Source: an uncultured Candidatus Saccharibacteria bacterium (GTDB lineage Bacteria > Patescibacteriota > SICC01). From it: 64,000 nt of DNA. The position numbers and the translations under genes are program-made. The DNA is taken from the NCBI GenBank assembly GCA_964525455.1, contig CAZGHP010000001.1:8766-72765 (forward strand), in the 5' to 3' direction. Shown here one piece after another: positions 26,949 through 37,247 of this stretch (positions are counted from its first letter, which is position 1; each line of letters opens with the position of its first letter). The notes beneath the pieces were generated by a model. The model saw only the letters and a list, made by a program, of their open reading frames with translations, had not been told where the DNA came from and did not search any database.

Positions 26949-28120
26949 GAGAGGCGCGGATCGCCGTCAACGGGCTGTTCCTCAGCCGGCCGCACACGGG
27001 GATGGGCCGCTACACGATCGGCTTGCTCAAGGCGCTCCCGGCCGCCATGCGCGGTACGGAGTTCGTGACGTTCGTACCGGAGAAGGTGAAACTCGACCTC
27101 CCGGCCGCGGTCCGCACCGTCGTGGTACCGCCCAAACGATCGCTCTTCGGCCGCGGGAAGGCGCTCGACGATTGGGAGCGGAACCGGATCGGGCTGGCGG
27201 CGGGCCAACTCAAGGCGCACCTGATCTTCCAGCCGTATCCGACGCCGCCGGTCCGGAACCCGTTCGACGTGCCGGTAGCCATGGCCGTCCACGACGTGAT
27301 TCCATGGCAGTTGCCCCGCTACCGGCGCTCGCTCCGCTCGCGCCTCAAGCTCCGCGGCGTGCTCCGCGGCATCCGCGCCGCCGACCACCTGCTTACGGTG
27401 AGCAAAGCCTCGGCCAAGGGGATTACCTGGGCGAGCGGCATCCGCAACCGCATCACCGTGACGTACGAAGGGCTCGAACCGGAATTCCGGAAGCCTCCGC
27501 CCGCCGCCGCCATCACGGCGACCCGCAAACGCTTCGGGCTGACACGGCCGTTCGTGCTCTACCTCGGCGGGTACGATTACCGGAAGAACGTCCGCGGCCT
27601 GATCCGCGGATTCGCGGAGTCCGGGTTGCCCCGGGGCCACGACCTGGTGCTGGCCGGAGCGCTGACGGCGCCGGCGTCAGCGCTCTACGAGGACTTCCAT
27701 AAGCTGCCGATCCTGATCGCACAGGCGGGGATCACCAAACAGGTCCGCGCCATCGGTTTCGTGTCCGAGCCGGAAAAGCGGGCGTTGCTCGCCGGGGCCG
27801 ATGCGTTCTGCTATCCGTCGCTGGCCGAAGGGTTCGGGTTGCCGGTCCTGGAGGCGTTGGCGTCGGGGACGCCGGTGGCCGCGTCCGACATCGATACCAC
27901 ACGGGAACTGTTCGCCGATGCCTACGAACCGTTCCGCCCCGACCATGTCGAGGAGATCGCCGCCGCCGTACGTGATGCAGCCCGGGAACCGGACGAGCGG
28001 AAAGTCGCCAAAGGGCGGGAGTGGGCCGGACGGTACACTTGGCCGGCCGCCGCCGAGCGCACGGCCGCCGTCTTCGCCGACCTGATCAAACGCCGTGCGT
28101 CGGGAGGAACGCGGCGCTAG
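26945..28120 (+). CDS. Glycosyltransferase family 4
   Basis: HDVIP, RKN, YPSLAEGFGLPVLEA. Confidence 0.93.
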   Translation: MREARIAVNGLFLSRPHTGMGRYTIGLLKALPAAMRGTEFVTFVPEKVKLDLPAAVRTVVVPPKRSLFGRGKALDDWERNRIGLAAGQLKAHLIFQPYPTPPVRNPFDVPVAMAVHDVIPWQLPRYRRSLRSRLKLRGVLRGIRAADHLLTVSKASAKGITWASGIRNRITVTYEGLEPEFRKPPPAAAITATRKRFGLTRPFVLYLGGYDYRKNVRGLIRGFAESGLPRGHDLVLAGALTAPASALYEDFHKLPILIAQAGITKQVRAIGFVSEPEKRALLAGADAFCYPSLAEGFGLPVLEALASGTPVAASDIDTTRELFADAYEPFRPDHVEEIAAAVRDAAREPDERKVAKGREWAGRYTWPAAAERTAAVFADLIKRRASGGTRR

Positions 28121-28169
28121 TTGCAGCCGGACCGCAGGCAGCCGTATACTCAAGGCAACGAGGCAATTC

Positions 28170-29435
28170 GTGACCCCGAAGAAATCGACCAAAAAAAGCA
28201 TCTCACGCACCCGCCGGGCACCCCGTGTTCCCAAGGTGAAGATTCCTGAGTCCCGTTCCGGCAAGATCGCCGCAGGCGTAGTGGCCGGCTTGGTACTGCT
28301 CTATTTCGTCTACGCGATCATCCTCTACACCACCGGCGGCAGCGACGGCCTTACGCGGTTCGTCTCGCACTTCGCCTACTATCCGGCGGCCAAGACGTTC
28401 ACGCCGGACTACCTCTGGTGGTTCCTCGGCGGCCTGCTCTCGACGCTGGTGCTCGTGGGTACCGTCCTGAAGTTCGCGTGGTACGGCCTCGCCGGCAAGG
28501 TGATGGCACCGAAGAAGGCGGTCATCCTCGGGGTCGTGGCGGTGCTGGCCTGCCTTTCGCAGATCTGGCTGCCGCCCGTGACCGAAGTGTCGGTCAGCTA
28601 CGGTTCGTATCTCGAGCGGGCCAAGACGCTGGAGAAGATCCAAGGTGCCCAGCAGCAGGCACAGGGGCTTCCGTCCGTACCGGAGGTAGCGCTGCAGGCG
28701 CAGGCCTTGCAGCAGCAGGTCGCCTCCGCGATCACCCAGCAGGAGTCCACCAAACTCGGCGTGTCCGTGAAGGACAGCAAGGTCGAGGAAGCGTACGACC
28801 AGCAGGCCGAGAAGGTCCAAGGTGAGGACGAGCTCAAGCGACTGCTCCGTGAGCGTCTGGGCTGGTCAGTCGGGGAGTACAAGGAAGAGCTTCGCGACAA
28901 CGTGTTGATCCAGGAGGCGCTGAACGAAAAGATCTCGTCCGACGAGGACCTCAACCGCGATGCGCGGGAGAAGGCGGACGGGGCCAAGCAGCGGCTGGAT
29001 AAGAAGGAAAGCTTCGCGGCGGTCGCCAAGGACGTTTCCGAGGATCCGACGGCCAAGGAAGGCGGGTCGATCGGCGAACTCAAGCGTGGGGAAATGGATC
29101 CTGCGATCGAGAAGGTCGCTTTCGAGCTTAAGGTCGGCGCGGTGAGTGACGTAATCAGGACCCAGCAGGGCTTCGTGATTATCCAAGTGGAGAGTCGTGA
29201 TGAGGGTTCCGTCGAACTCAATCAGATCACCGTGGTCGGGAAGTCGGTCGCGACATACTTCCAGGAGATCCTTCCCAAGACGACCGTGTGGGTGCTGGTG
29301 AACGGCCTGAAATGGGACGACACGCTCTTCGCGGTCCAGCCGACGGAACAGCCGCAGCCGCAGCCGGGTGCCGTGCAGACCGCGCCGGCGGGGGCAGCTT
29401 CTCCACAACCGCCGGCAGCCTCGCCCGCCTCCTAG
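28170..29435 (+). CDS. PrsA/SurA-like parvulin PPIase with extra TM hairpin
   Basis: FAAVAKDVSEDPTAKEGGSIG..EKVAFEL..G.VSDVIRTQQGFVII. Confidence 0.85.
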   Translation: MTPKKSTKKSISRTRRAPRVPKVKIPESRSGKIAAGVVAGLVLLYFVYAIILYTTGGSDGLTRFVSHFAYYPAAKTFTPDYLWWFLGGLLSTLVLVGTVLKFAWYGLAGKVMAPKKAVILGVVAVLACLSQIWLPPVTEVSVSYGSYLERAKTLEKIQGAQQQAQGLPSVPEVALQAQALQQQVASAITQQESTKLGVSVKDSKVEEAYDQQAEKVQGEDELKRLLRERLGWSVGEYKEELRDNVLIQEALNEKISSDEDLNRDAREKADGAKQRLDKKESFAAVAKDVSEDPTAKEGGSIGELKRGEMDPAIEKVAFELKVGAVSDVIRTQQGFVIIQVESRDEGSVELNQITVVGKSVATYFQEILPKTTVWVLVNGLKWDDTLFAVQPTEQPQPQPGAVQTAPAGAASPQPPAASPAS

Positions 29436-29512
29436 TCCGCGGCAGCCTCGCTTCCGAAGGGGAAATCCCGATATACTGGTACGGTACGCATCGTATCGGT
29501 GCCTACACGCCT

Positions 29513-29590
29513 GGGGGCGTAGCTCAGTCTGGTTAGAGCGCCTGCCTGTCACGCAGGAGGTCGCCGGTTCGAGTCCGGTCGTCCCCGCCA
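29513..29590 (+). tRNA. tRNA-Asp(GTC)
   Basis: Cloverleaf with anticodon GTC and encoded CCA. Confidence 0.97.
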
Positions 29591-29593
29591 CGA

Positions 29594-29627
29594 ATCAAAA
29601 AGTGTCTTTACAGAGGCACTTTTTGAT
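29594..29627. terminator. Bidirectional terminator after tRNA-Asp
   Basis: ATCAAAAAGTGTCT..AGAGGCACTTTTTGAT. Confidence 0.7.
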
Positions 29628-29702
29628 GTTATGATATCCCGCCTTAACAACTTGGCTAACCGGCCACCATTCTTTTATCCATCAAGCGATCCGGGAGGAA
29701 AC

Positions 29703-30338
29703 ATGGCCAATATATGGAAGGCTGCCTTATGCGCCTTGCTGCTCATCGCGTTCGTCTTTGCGGTGATGTGGCCTTTCCCCTCCGGTGACGGGGACTCGCC
29801 GCGTGAGTCGTCCGGCACCGCCGCGACCGGGGAGCTGTCCACGGTAAAGGGCGTACGGATTCCCCTGGGCACTAGCGCAGAGGAGTACCCGGACGTCGTC
29901 AACGACCCTGCCTGCCGACCCATCAAACCGGGAGCGGTAGTGGGAGATCCATCCGGCCGCTACAGCTGCGGGAGCGATAATCCATTCGAGGCGGGCGGAT
30001 ACCGTCACTTGAACACCCTTGACCGTGAGTGCTATTCACGGGGTCGTCCGTGCGTATACGCGATGACGGTCAGCAAAGATGCTTCCGTAGCGTTCAAGCG
30101 ACGGTTCAGTGCCGATCCGTGTGGAATCGTACGGCATCGTCAGGTTCAGGCCTGGCGAAAGGTCATGCGGCATACACCACCCCGACACCGGCCTGACCAT
30201 CGGTGGGTTCCGACAAAGTGCATTGCCACCGGCGACCTCGCTTTCTTCAACGGTCTGGTTCCTGGCGGCAAGCAACCCGATCCGAAACCCTACGATCCCA
30301 GCAGCGCCACAAACCTCTCCAACCCCAACGACTGGTAG
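29703..30338 (+). CDS. Orphan exported Cys-rich protein
   Basis: SD GGAGG, N-terminal TM, six Cys in mature part, 3' hairpin 30353-30389. Confidence 0.65.
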   Translation: MANIWKAALCALLLIAFVFAVMWPFPSGDGDSPRESSGTAATGELSTVKGVRIPLGTSAEEYPDVVNDPACRPIKPGAVVGDPSGRYSCGSDNPFEAGGYRHLNTLDRECYSRGRPCVYAMTVSKDASVAFKRRFSADPCGIVRHRQVQAWRKVMRHTPPRHRPDHRWVPTKCIATGDLAFFNGLVPGGKQPDPKPYDPSSATNLSNPNDW

Positions 30339-30679
30339 TGAATGGTGGCATCGGCAGCCCGGATTTTCTTTTTAGATATTCGGGCTGCCATCCACTTTTA
30401 GTGATGGCCGGTTAGCCAAGTTAGCCTCGAGCCTTGTCGCAATGCCCTGACAACCCCTGATCGGTTTGTGAGGCTTATTCCATAGTGCCGATTGAGCCAG
30501 GACTGGGCGAATATCCGCCTTGCTCGGACGTCAGGTAAGCGACTGATTACCCACCGCTTCCCTTCGGGGGTGCTCAGCGTCCCGCCTGCCGCCCCGCTTA
30601 CCCTCAACCGTTCGGTTGTGCCACAATGAACCCGACGTAAGACAAACGCACCTCGAACAATCAGAAAGGGGGTGGCCGG

Positions 30680-31267
30680 ATGGATTCGGTCGTGCCGTTC
30701 CTCATTGCCTTGCTCATCGGGCGGCAGAACGCAGTCGTCGTCGCAGACGCGACCGGGATGCCTTACTGGCACACCCTCGTCCTGACGGCGGCATTCTTCT
30801 TCGCCGTCGCATGTGTGCTGACCGGGTTGAGTCATCTGCCTCCGCTCGCGCGCAGGATACGGGAGCTTCAGCAGTCTCGTTGGGGACGCGGCGTGGTCCG
30901 GGTCGTGCGACCTCGCTGGCGGGGCGTCGTGGTGATCCCCTTGTGCCTGCTGCCGCTCGGACCGCTCCTGGCTCTCGCCCTGATGGCGATCTGGCAGTTC
31001 CGAGCAGTGACCCAGGTCATCCTGGTGACGATCGGCGGCACCGTTTCGTACGCTGTGTATGGGGCGATCATGGCACCGTTCCTTGACCTGCTGGGTACCA
31101 GGAACGTCGTCATCCTCATCGTGATTGCATTCCTGTTGGGTCGCGTCCTCAAGTCCTACTCGCACCTGATGTGGCGGATCGTCGATTGGTTACGGTCAGG
31201 AACCGGCCTGGCACCCCGTACCTACCGTCGAGCGTGTGACCGCTTTAGCTGGTCAACCACCCGCTGA
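30680..31267 (+). CDS. Orphan multi-TM membrane protein
   Basis: SD-like AAAGGGGG, several TM segments. Confidence 0.65.
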   Translation: MDSVVPFLIALLIGRQNAVVVADATGMPYWHTLVLTAAFFFAVACVLTGLSHLPPLARRIRELQQSRWGRGVVRVVRPRWRGVVVIPLCLLPLGPLLALALMAIWQFRAVTQVILVTIGGTVSYAVYGAIMAPFLDLLGTRNVVILIVIAFLLGRVLKSYSHLMWRIVDWLRSGTGLAPRTYRRACDRFSWSTTR

Positions 31268-31391
31268 TATGTCGAAGACACCCTTTGGGTCATCCTGATC
31301 CTCAGGGTTTCTTCGTTTATGAAGCCAAAAGATCGGCCCGCATGGTACTATCGGTAGCTATGCAGCGGGCAACTGAAACCGGTCAGGACTG

Positions 31392-33275
31392 ATGGTTGAT
31401 AAAGCCGCGCCGGACGAAGCGCAGGGGCGGGCGGCGGCTATCGAGGCGTTCGAGTCGATCGGCCGAGAGGACTGGGAACGTATCGTGGAGGCGCTGGAAA
31501 GCGAAGCGTCTCCGGCCACGGCGGATTGGCGGAGCCTGGAGTCGGAACGTACTCCCGCGGAGGTGCTTGAGCAGCTCGCCCGGGTGAAGGTGGCCGTCCC
31601 GGGGAACAACCAGCAGGTCCACAAGCACCATCACAACCGGACGGTAGAGAACCACATCAAGCTCGCGTTGGAGGTCGCCGGTTCCAAGCCGCACCTGGAG
31701 ACGTTTCTAGAAATCGTGAAGGCACGGCTGGAATCTCGACCAGGGCCGCAACAGGAATTACTGGCGCGGCAAGCCCTGCTGCTCTGGGCACCGGCCGCGG
31801 AGATCATCGGGGACTACCGGACGAAGATCGATCTGGAAAACCTTTCTTTCCCGATACTCTACCCGCAGGAGACCCGGAAGATCGAAAAGACGTACGAATT
31901 CCTCGGTGGTGAGGAAGCGATCGACGCCGCGGCGGAGGAATACGGCAGCTTCGTCCGCAGCCTGTTGGAAAGCGAGGTTCCCGGGCTGACAGGACACCTG
32001 ACCGTGCAGTCACGGCGGAAAAGTTACTATAATATCTGGCGCCGGTCCATGAAGGAGGGCCGGCCGGATTACCGCCTGCCCGACTTCTTCGGGGTACGGG
32101 CGATCGTGGACTCGGGTATCGGCGAGCCGGAGGCGGTCAAGTATTGCTATGCGGCGGCGGGCGTACTTGGCGAGCTGTTCGAGCCCGCGCCGCAATGGCA
32201 ACGCGACTACATCACCCGGCCGAAGCCGAACGGGTACCAGAGCATCCACCTGGACCTGGAAGAGGGAGAATCGCGCCTGGAGGTACAGATCAGGACGTCC
32301 GACATGCACCGGCGCGCCGAATCGGATGCGGATACGTCACACATGGCCTATGAAGCCTGGACGAAGATTACCCCCGGGAGATTGTTCCAGCCGGGATTGG
32401 CCAAACCTCCTGCTGTCGTACGGTGGCGTGACGAGACGGCGGAACGGATACGCACCAGTGATGACGGTTCGCTGGTCGGGCATCGCCCGGACCGGGTCCT
32501 GGCGTTCACGCCGGACGGTAATCTCTATGAGATGGCCGCGAGCGACACGTTGCTCGACTTCGCGTTCGCCGTCCATGACCGGCGGGCGTTGCGCACCGAA
32601 CGGATCGTCGTCAACGGCTCCCAGGCTGCTTTCGACAGCGCGGTCCGGATGGGTGACTGCGTCGAGATCGCTTATGACCGGGAACTGCGGTGGACCGACG
32701 ATTGGTCTGGCAAGGTACAGTCCGACCGGGCTCGCAAGCGGCTGCGTCGCGCGCATCGTGAAAGACACGCCGAAGCATTCCGGCAGGTTGCGGTCACGGA
32801 TGTCGAGGGGGTGTTCGAGCGGCTTGGTATCGATAATCCGCTCAATATCCTCACTGACAAAGACGAGCGGAGACTGGCCCGGAAATATGCCGTGCGGGAC
32901 TTCGATATGGTCTTGCAGAAGATCGGTGCCGGTGAAGAAGCGCCGGGGCGGGTGATCAATCAAGTCCAACGGCGGCTCGAGCAGCAGCAAGGCGAGCCGC
33001 CTGAGACGGCCACTGATCTGTTCGAGCAGGTAAGCGGCGTTCGGGAGGAAGCCAGCGAAGTGGCGATTACCGGAATCCACGGCTGTGAGTATCACCTTGC
33101 CGGCTGTTGCGCTCCTACTCCCGGGACGTCGGAGATCATGGCGGCCGCGAGCCAGCGTCGCGGGGCCCTGACGATCCATCGGGCGGACTGCGGACAGCTC
33201 GATCGGGAGCGCGCGTTCGTCTGTAGCTGGACGGAACCGACCCGGGAGGGAGATCAGGCTACGGCAGCGGATTAA
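31392..33275 (+). CDS. RelA/SpoT homolog: degenerate hydrolase, synthetase, TGS and ZFD; no ACT domain
   Basis: RRKSYYNI, DFFGVRAIV, RDYITRPKPNGYQSIH, EVQIRT, FTPDG..LDFAFAVH, AGCC.P.PG..IHRADC. Confidence 0.88.
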   Translation: MVDKAAPDEAQGRAAAIEAFESIGREDWERIVEALESEASPATADWRSLESERTPAEVLEQLARVKVAVPGNNQQVHKHHHNRTVENHIKLALEVAGSKPHLETFLEIVKARLESRPGPQQELLARQALLLWAPAAEIIGDYRTKIDLENLSFPILYPQETRKIEKTYEFLGGEEAIDAAAEEYGSFVRSLLESEVPGLTGHLTVQSRRKSYYNIWRRSMKEGRPDYRLPDFFGVRAIVDSGIGEPEAVKYCYAAAGVLGELFEPAPQWQRDYITRPKPNGYQSIHLDLEEGESRLEVQIRTSDMHRRAESDADTSHMAYEAWTKITPGRLFQPGLAKPPAVVRWRDETAERIRTSDDGSLVGHRPDRVLAFTPDGNLYEMAASDTLLDFAFAVHDRRALRTERIVVNGSQAAFDSAVRMGDCVEIAYDRELRWTDDWSGKVQSDRARKRLRRAHRERHAEAFRQVAVTDVEGVFERLGIDNPLNILTDKDERRLARKYAVRDFDMVLQKIGAGEEAPGRVINQVQRRLEQQQGEPPETATDLFEQVSGVREEASEVAITGIHGCEYHLAGCCAPTPGTSEIMAAASQRRGALTIHRADCGQLDRERAFVCSWTEPTREGDQATAAD

Positions 33276-33721
33276 CGGGTGCCGCGGGCCCGGTGCTCCA
33301 GTTGCTGCACGCGCCGGTCGTGGCGGCCGCCGCCGAAATCCGTCTCCAGGAATGCCGTGATGATCGGCCCGGCGTCCTCGGCCGAAAGTCGGCGGCCCGC
33401 CAGCGTCAAGACGTTGATGTCGTTATGCTCGCGGGCCAGCCGGGCCTCTTCCGGGTCATGGGCGTTGACCGCCCGCACGCCGGCTGTCTTGTTCGCCGCG
33501 ATCGCCACGCCGTTGCCCGAGCCGCACACGAGGATTCCCCGGCCGTCGCCGGCAGCTACGTGCCTTGCTACCGCACGCGCGATCGACGGATAGTCGACCG
33601 ACTCCTCGCTGTCGGTACCGACGTCCCGTACGGCGTATCCGTGCCCGGCCAGCACCTGCTTCACCGCCTCCTTGAGCCGGAACCCGCCGTGGTCGGCACC
33701 GATGATGATCACATCGTCCAT
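33272..33721 (-). CDS. rpiB: Ribose-5-phosphate isomerase B
   Basis: GADHGG, DYP, CGSGNG..IAANK, REHND.N, GGRHDRRV. Confidence 0.96.
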   Translation of the reverse strand: MDDVIIIGADHGGFRLKEAVKQVLAGHGYAVRDVGTDSEESVDYPSIARAVARHVAAGDGRGILVCGSGNGVAIAANKTAGVRAVNAHDPEEARLAREHNDINVLTLAGRRLSAEDAGPIITAFLETDFGGGRHDRRVQQLEHRARGTR

Positions 33722-33774
33722 CTGCCTTTCACTGTACACCGGTCCGCCGGATGCTTTTGCTATGATGAGGCCGA

Positions 33775-34815
33775 ATGGACACCACGCACACCGCCCCGAT
33801 TGCGCAAGGCCTGCCCTCGGCGTTGAAGGTAGACGACGATTCCAAGCAGTTGATGGTGACCGCCGGCCGCGCCAGCCGTGAACTTGGCAACGCGATCGCC
33901 GGCAAGCTCGGGGTCACGTTGGTAGATCCGGGACTGAAGACGTTCTCTGACGGGGAAGTCTACTGCCGGTACACCAAGTCGATCCGGGGTGCCGATCTCT
34001 TCATCGTTCAGTCAATCTGTGATAACGAAAGCGAAAAACTGACCGTCAATGATGCCCTGATGGAGCTGATGGTGATGGTCGAGGCGGCCAAGGGTGCTTC
34101 GGCGCGGCGGGTAATCGCCGTCACGCCGTGGTATGGCTACGCCCGTCAGGACAAGAAGTCCGCGCCGCGTGAGCCGATCACCGCACGGCTCGTCGCGCGG
34201 ATGCTCGAGACCGCCGGGGTGGACCGCGTGGTCACGATGGACCTCCACTCCGGCCAGGTGCAGGGATTCTTCACGAAGCCGGTGGACCACATGACGGCGA
34301 TGCCGGTGCTGGCGCAGTACCTGTCCGACCAGTTCAAGCCGAAGGCGGAGATCGCGATCATGGCGCCTGACGCCGGCCGGGCCAAACTAGCCCGGCGCTA
34401 CGCCCAGAAGCTCGGCGTCTCCTATGCCTTGCTTGAGAAGAACCGGCCGGAGCAGCAGAAGGTGAAGATGGGCCACGTGATCGGTGACGTCCGCGGCAAA
34501 TCCGTGGTAATCGTGGACGACATGATCGACACCGGTGGCACGCTGGCGGCTGGTGCGCAGACGGCGATCGACGAAGGAGCGGTCGAGGTATTCGCGCTGG
34601 CGACACACGGTGTGTTCTCCGGCGGCGCTTACGAGAACCTCCGCAAGTCGCCGCTCTCGCAGGTGATCGTGACCGACACGCTCCCGGCCCGCTTGAACAC
34701 GCCCGATTTCATCCACCGCCTGACGGTCTCGGACATCCTGACCAACTCGATCCGGTCGATCTGCACCGACGGATCGGTCTCCGAAATCTTCGCGGGCGAC
34801 AACCAGCTTTTCTGA
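33775..34815 (+). CDS. prs: Ribose-phosphate pyrophosphokinase
   Basis: FSDGE, YGYARQD, DLH, IVDDMIDTGGT. Confidence 0.97.
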   Translation: MDTTHTAPIAQGLPSALKVDDDSKQLMVTAGRASRELGNAIAGKLGVTLVDPGLKTFSDGEVYCRYTKSIRGADLFIVQSICDNESEKLTVNDALMELMVMVEAAKGASARRVIAVTPWYGYARQDKKSAPREPITARLVARMLETAGVDRVVTMDLHSGQVQGFFTKPVDHMTAMPVLAQYLSDQFKPKAEIAIMAPDAGRAKLARRYAQKLGVSYALLEKNRPEQQKVKMGHVIGDVRGKSVVIVDDMIDTGGTLAAGAQTAIDEGAVEVFALATHGVFSGGAYENLRKSPLSQVIVTDTLPARLNTPDFIHRLTVSDILTNSIRSICTDGSVSEIFAGDNQLF

Positions 34816-35009
34816 GAGCGGTGATTCGGGGCGCTGGCTAATTCACTACGAGCGGCCAATAGATTCCGATATCTTTCAGCCACGCGAACCGCTCTAGGAT
34901 CGGTGAGAAGTATTCTCGGTGAGTTCCGTTCCCGGCCGGCGTCGCGGTCGTGACATGCACACGCCAAGACCCAGAAGCAGCGCGATTCCGAAAGCGATCC
35001 GAGGGACGG

Positions 35010-36122
35010 TCACTCCAGCCGGTTCACGCGGACCAGCTTATCGTCCCCGGGTCGCGCCTTGCCCCGCCCGTCGCGGTTCGAGGTGAACAGGTAGAGCGCT
35101 CCGTCCGGCCCGACCGCCGCCGTCCGGATCCGGCCGAACTCGCCCTGGAAGTATTCACGATCCGCAGCCACGCCGCCGTCTTCGAGCGTCACTTCATGCA
35201 GATGTTCGCCACGCAGCGCTCCGAAGTACAGTTTCCCGTTCCAGAACGTCAACGAGGCCGGTGCCCAGGCCTCCGTGTTGCCGCTGGTGAGGATCGGCGT
35301 ACCGAGGCCGAACCGCGTCTGCTTGCCGGTGATCAGCGGCCAGCCGTAGTTACCGCCGCGCTCGACCCGGTTGAGCTCGTCGCGACAGCAGAGGCCGAAC
35401 TCGCCGCTCGGGCCGTGCTCGGTGGAGAACAGCCGTCCGTCTTCGCTCCACGCCAGCCCCTGAGGGTTGCGGTGGCCATACGACCAGGCCCGGTTGCCGA
35501 ACGGGTTGTCCGGCGGCGCCGAGCCGTCCCGGTCGAGCCGGAGGATCTTGCCGGCCAGGGAGTCCCGCTCCTGGGCCTGATCGGGATCCTGCGCGTCGCC
35601 GGTGGTTACGTAGAGCTTATCGTCCGGACCGAAGCGGAGCCGTCCGCCGTTATGGTTGTTGTTACCGGGGATATCGTTGAGCAGGATACGCGGCTCCACC
35701 AGGCGGTCGGTATCGTCCAGCCGGTAGCGCGCGACCCGGTTCGTCAGGCCGTCGCCAGATCCCTCGCTCACATACAGGTACACGGTCCGGTTCCGTTCGA
35801 AGTCCGGATCGAGTGCCAGGCCTTGGAGCCCGCCTTCGCCGCCTTGGCTGGTCTCGACGGTCAGTACCGGCTCGGGGCGGAGTTTGCCATTCGCCAGCAA
35901 CCGTACCCGGCCCGGCCGTTCGGTGATCAGCGCCCGCGATTCGGATAGGAACGCGATATCCCACGGCACTTCCAGCCCCTCCGCGACCGTTTCGGTCGCC
36001 GGGGTTTTGGGTGTCGGGGTGACGACCGCCGACGGTTCGGTATCGCGAGTCAGCACCACCCCGACCGTTGCCACGGCCGCGGCGATCAGAAGCGCCAAAC
36101 CGGTACCGATCCACGTACGCAT
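35010..36122 (-). CDS. PQQ-dependent sugar dehydrogenase (GSDH family), membrane-anchored
   Basis: GLEVPW, HNGGRLRFGPD, YGHRNPQG, DELN..GGNYGWP. Confidence 0.93.
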   Translation of the reverse strand: MRTWIGTGLALLIAAAVATVGVVLTRDTEPSAVVTPTPKTPATETVAEGLEVPWDIAFLSESRALITERPGRVRLLANGKLRPEPVLTVETSQGGEGGLQGLALDPDFERNRTVYLYVSEGSGDGLTNRVARYRLDDTDRLVEPRILLNDIPGNNNHNGGRLRFGPDDKLYVTTGDAQDPDQAQERDSLAGKILRLDRDGSAPPDNPFGNRAWSYGHRNPQGLAWSEDGRLFSTEHGPSGEFGLCCRDELNRVERGGNYGWPLITGKQTRFGLGTPILTSGNTEAWAPASLTFWNGKLYFGALRGEHLHEVTLEDGGVAADREYFQGEFGRIRTAAVGPDGALYLFTSNRDGRGKARPGDDKLVRVNRLE

Positions 36123-36196
36123 ACCCCTACCATACTGCATCCGGCCGGACAGTCACCGGTGTCTTGCGCAAGGGTGCCGGGGTATACTGACCCCGC

Positions 36197-37237
36197 ATGG
36201 CGACCAAGCGTTTTCCCGGTTTCATCGATCCACACGTCCATCTGCGGGATCCGGGCGCCACTCAGAAAGAGGACTTCACGAGCGGCACCCGGGCGGCGCT
36301 GGCCGGCGGGTTCACGTTCGTCTGTGATATGCCGAACAACCCCCAGCCCACGGTGTCGCTTGCACGGTTACGGGAGAAGGAACGGCTTGGGGAGGAAAAG
36401 GCCGCCTGCGGTCTCGGTTTCCACTACGGCACTGACGGGAAGAACCTGGAGAGCTTCACGGCCGCCGCCAAGCATCCCCGCGTATTCGGACTGAAAGTCT
36501 ACCTCAATCACACCACCGGCGAGATGCTGATCGAAGACATCGCGGTGCTCCGTGCGATCTTCGAAACCTGGCCGGCGGACAAACCGGTACTGGTACACGC
36601 CGAAGGCGTCCAGCTCGCCGCGGCGCTGTCGCTGGCACACTACTACGACAAACGGCTGCACGTATGCCATATCAGCCAAGCGGTCGAGGTCGAGCTGGTC
36701 CGGGCGGCCAAACGGAAGAAACAGGCGGTGACCGCCGGAGCGTGTCCGCATCACCTCTTCCTGACCGGGGAGGCGCGGGAGACCCACGGTTCCCACGCCG
36801 TAATGAAACCGCCGCTCGGCGAGACCGTGGACCAGGACGCGCTCTGGGAAGGCCTTGCCGACCGGACGGTCGACCTCGTCGAGACGGACCACGCGCCGCA
36901 CACGCTCGAGGAGAAGCAGGCAGACCCGGCACCGTTCGGCGTACCGGGACTGGAGACGGCCGCGCCGTTGCTCTGGAAGGCGGTACACGACGGAAAGCTC
37001 GAGGCCGGCGACGTGCCGCGCCTGTTACACGACGCGGCTCGGAAGATTTTCGCCATTCCGGAACAGCCCGACACGTTCGTGGAGTTGGATCCGGACGAGG
37101 CGTATGAGGTCGACCCGGCTGCGTTCCAATCCAAGGCGAAGTGGTCGCCGTTCGGCGGTTGGACGGCGTACGGCAAGCCGCAGAAAGTGGTATTCCGCGG
37201 CAGGACGGTCATCGAGAACGGGGCGTTCGTCGGGTGA
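36197..37237 (+). CDS. pyrC: Dihydroorotase (CAD-like type)
   Basis: PGFIDPHVHLRDPG, DMPN, GLKVYLN, TDHAPH, GVPGLET. Confidence 0.92.
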   Translation: MATKRFPGFIDPHVHLRDPGATQKEDFTSGTRAALAGGFTFVCDMPNNPQPTVSLARLREKERLGEEKAACGLGFHYGTDGKNLESFTAAAKHPRVFGLKVYLNHTTGEMLIEDIAVLRAIFETWPADKPVLVHAEGVQLAAALSLAHYYDKRLHVCHISQAVEVELVRAAKRKKQAVTAGACPHHLFLTGEARETHGSHAVMKPPLGETVDQDALWEGLADRTVDLVETDHAPHTLEEKQADPAPFGVPGLETAAPLLWKAVHDGKLEAGDVPRLLHDAARKIFAIPEQPDTFVELDPDEAYEVDPAAFQSKAKWSPFGGWTAYGKPQKVVFRGRTVIENGAFVG

Positions 37238-37247
37238 GGTCCCTCTG

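Noticed and set aside
30480-30625. Known riboswitch (TPP, ZTP, fluoride, c-di-AMP)
   Set aside because: Conserved core nucleotides of these classes were not found by eye.
34816-35009. Gene in the prs-GSDH gap
   Set aside because: Slightly AT-richer but no convincing ORF, start signal or motif; at most a remnant.
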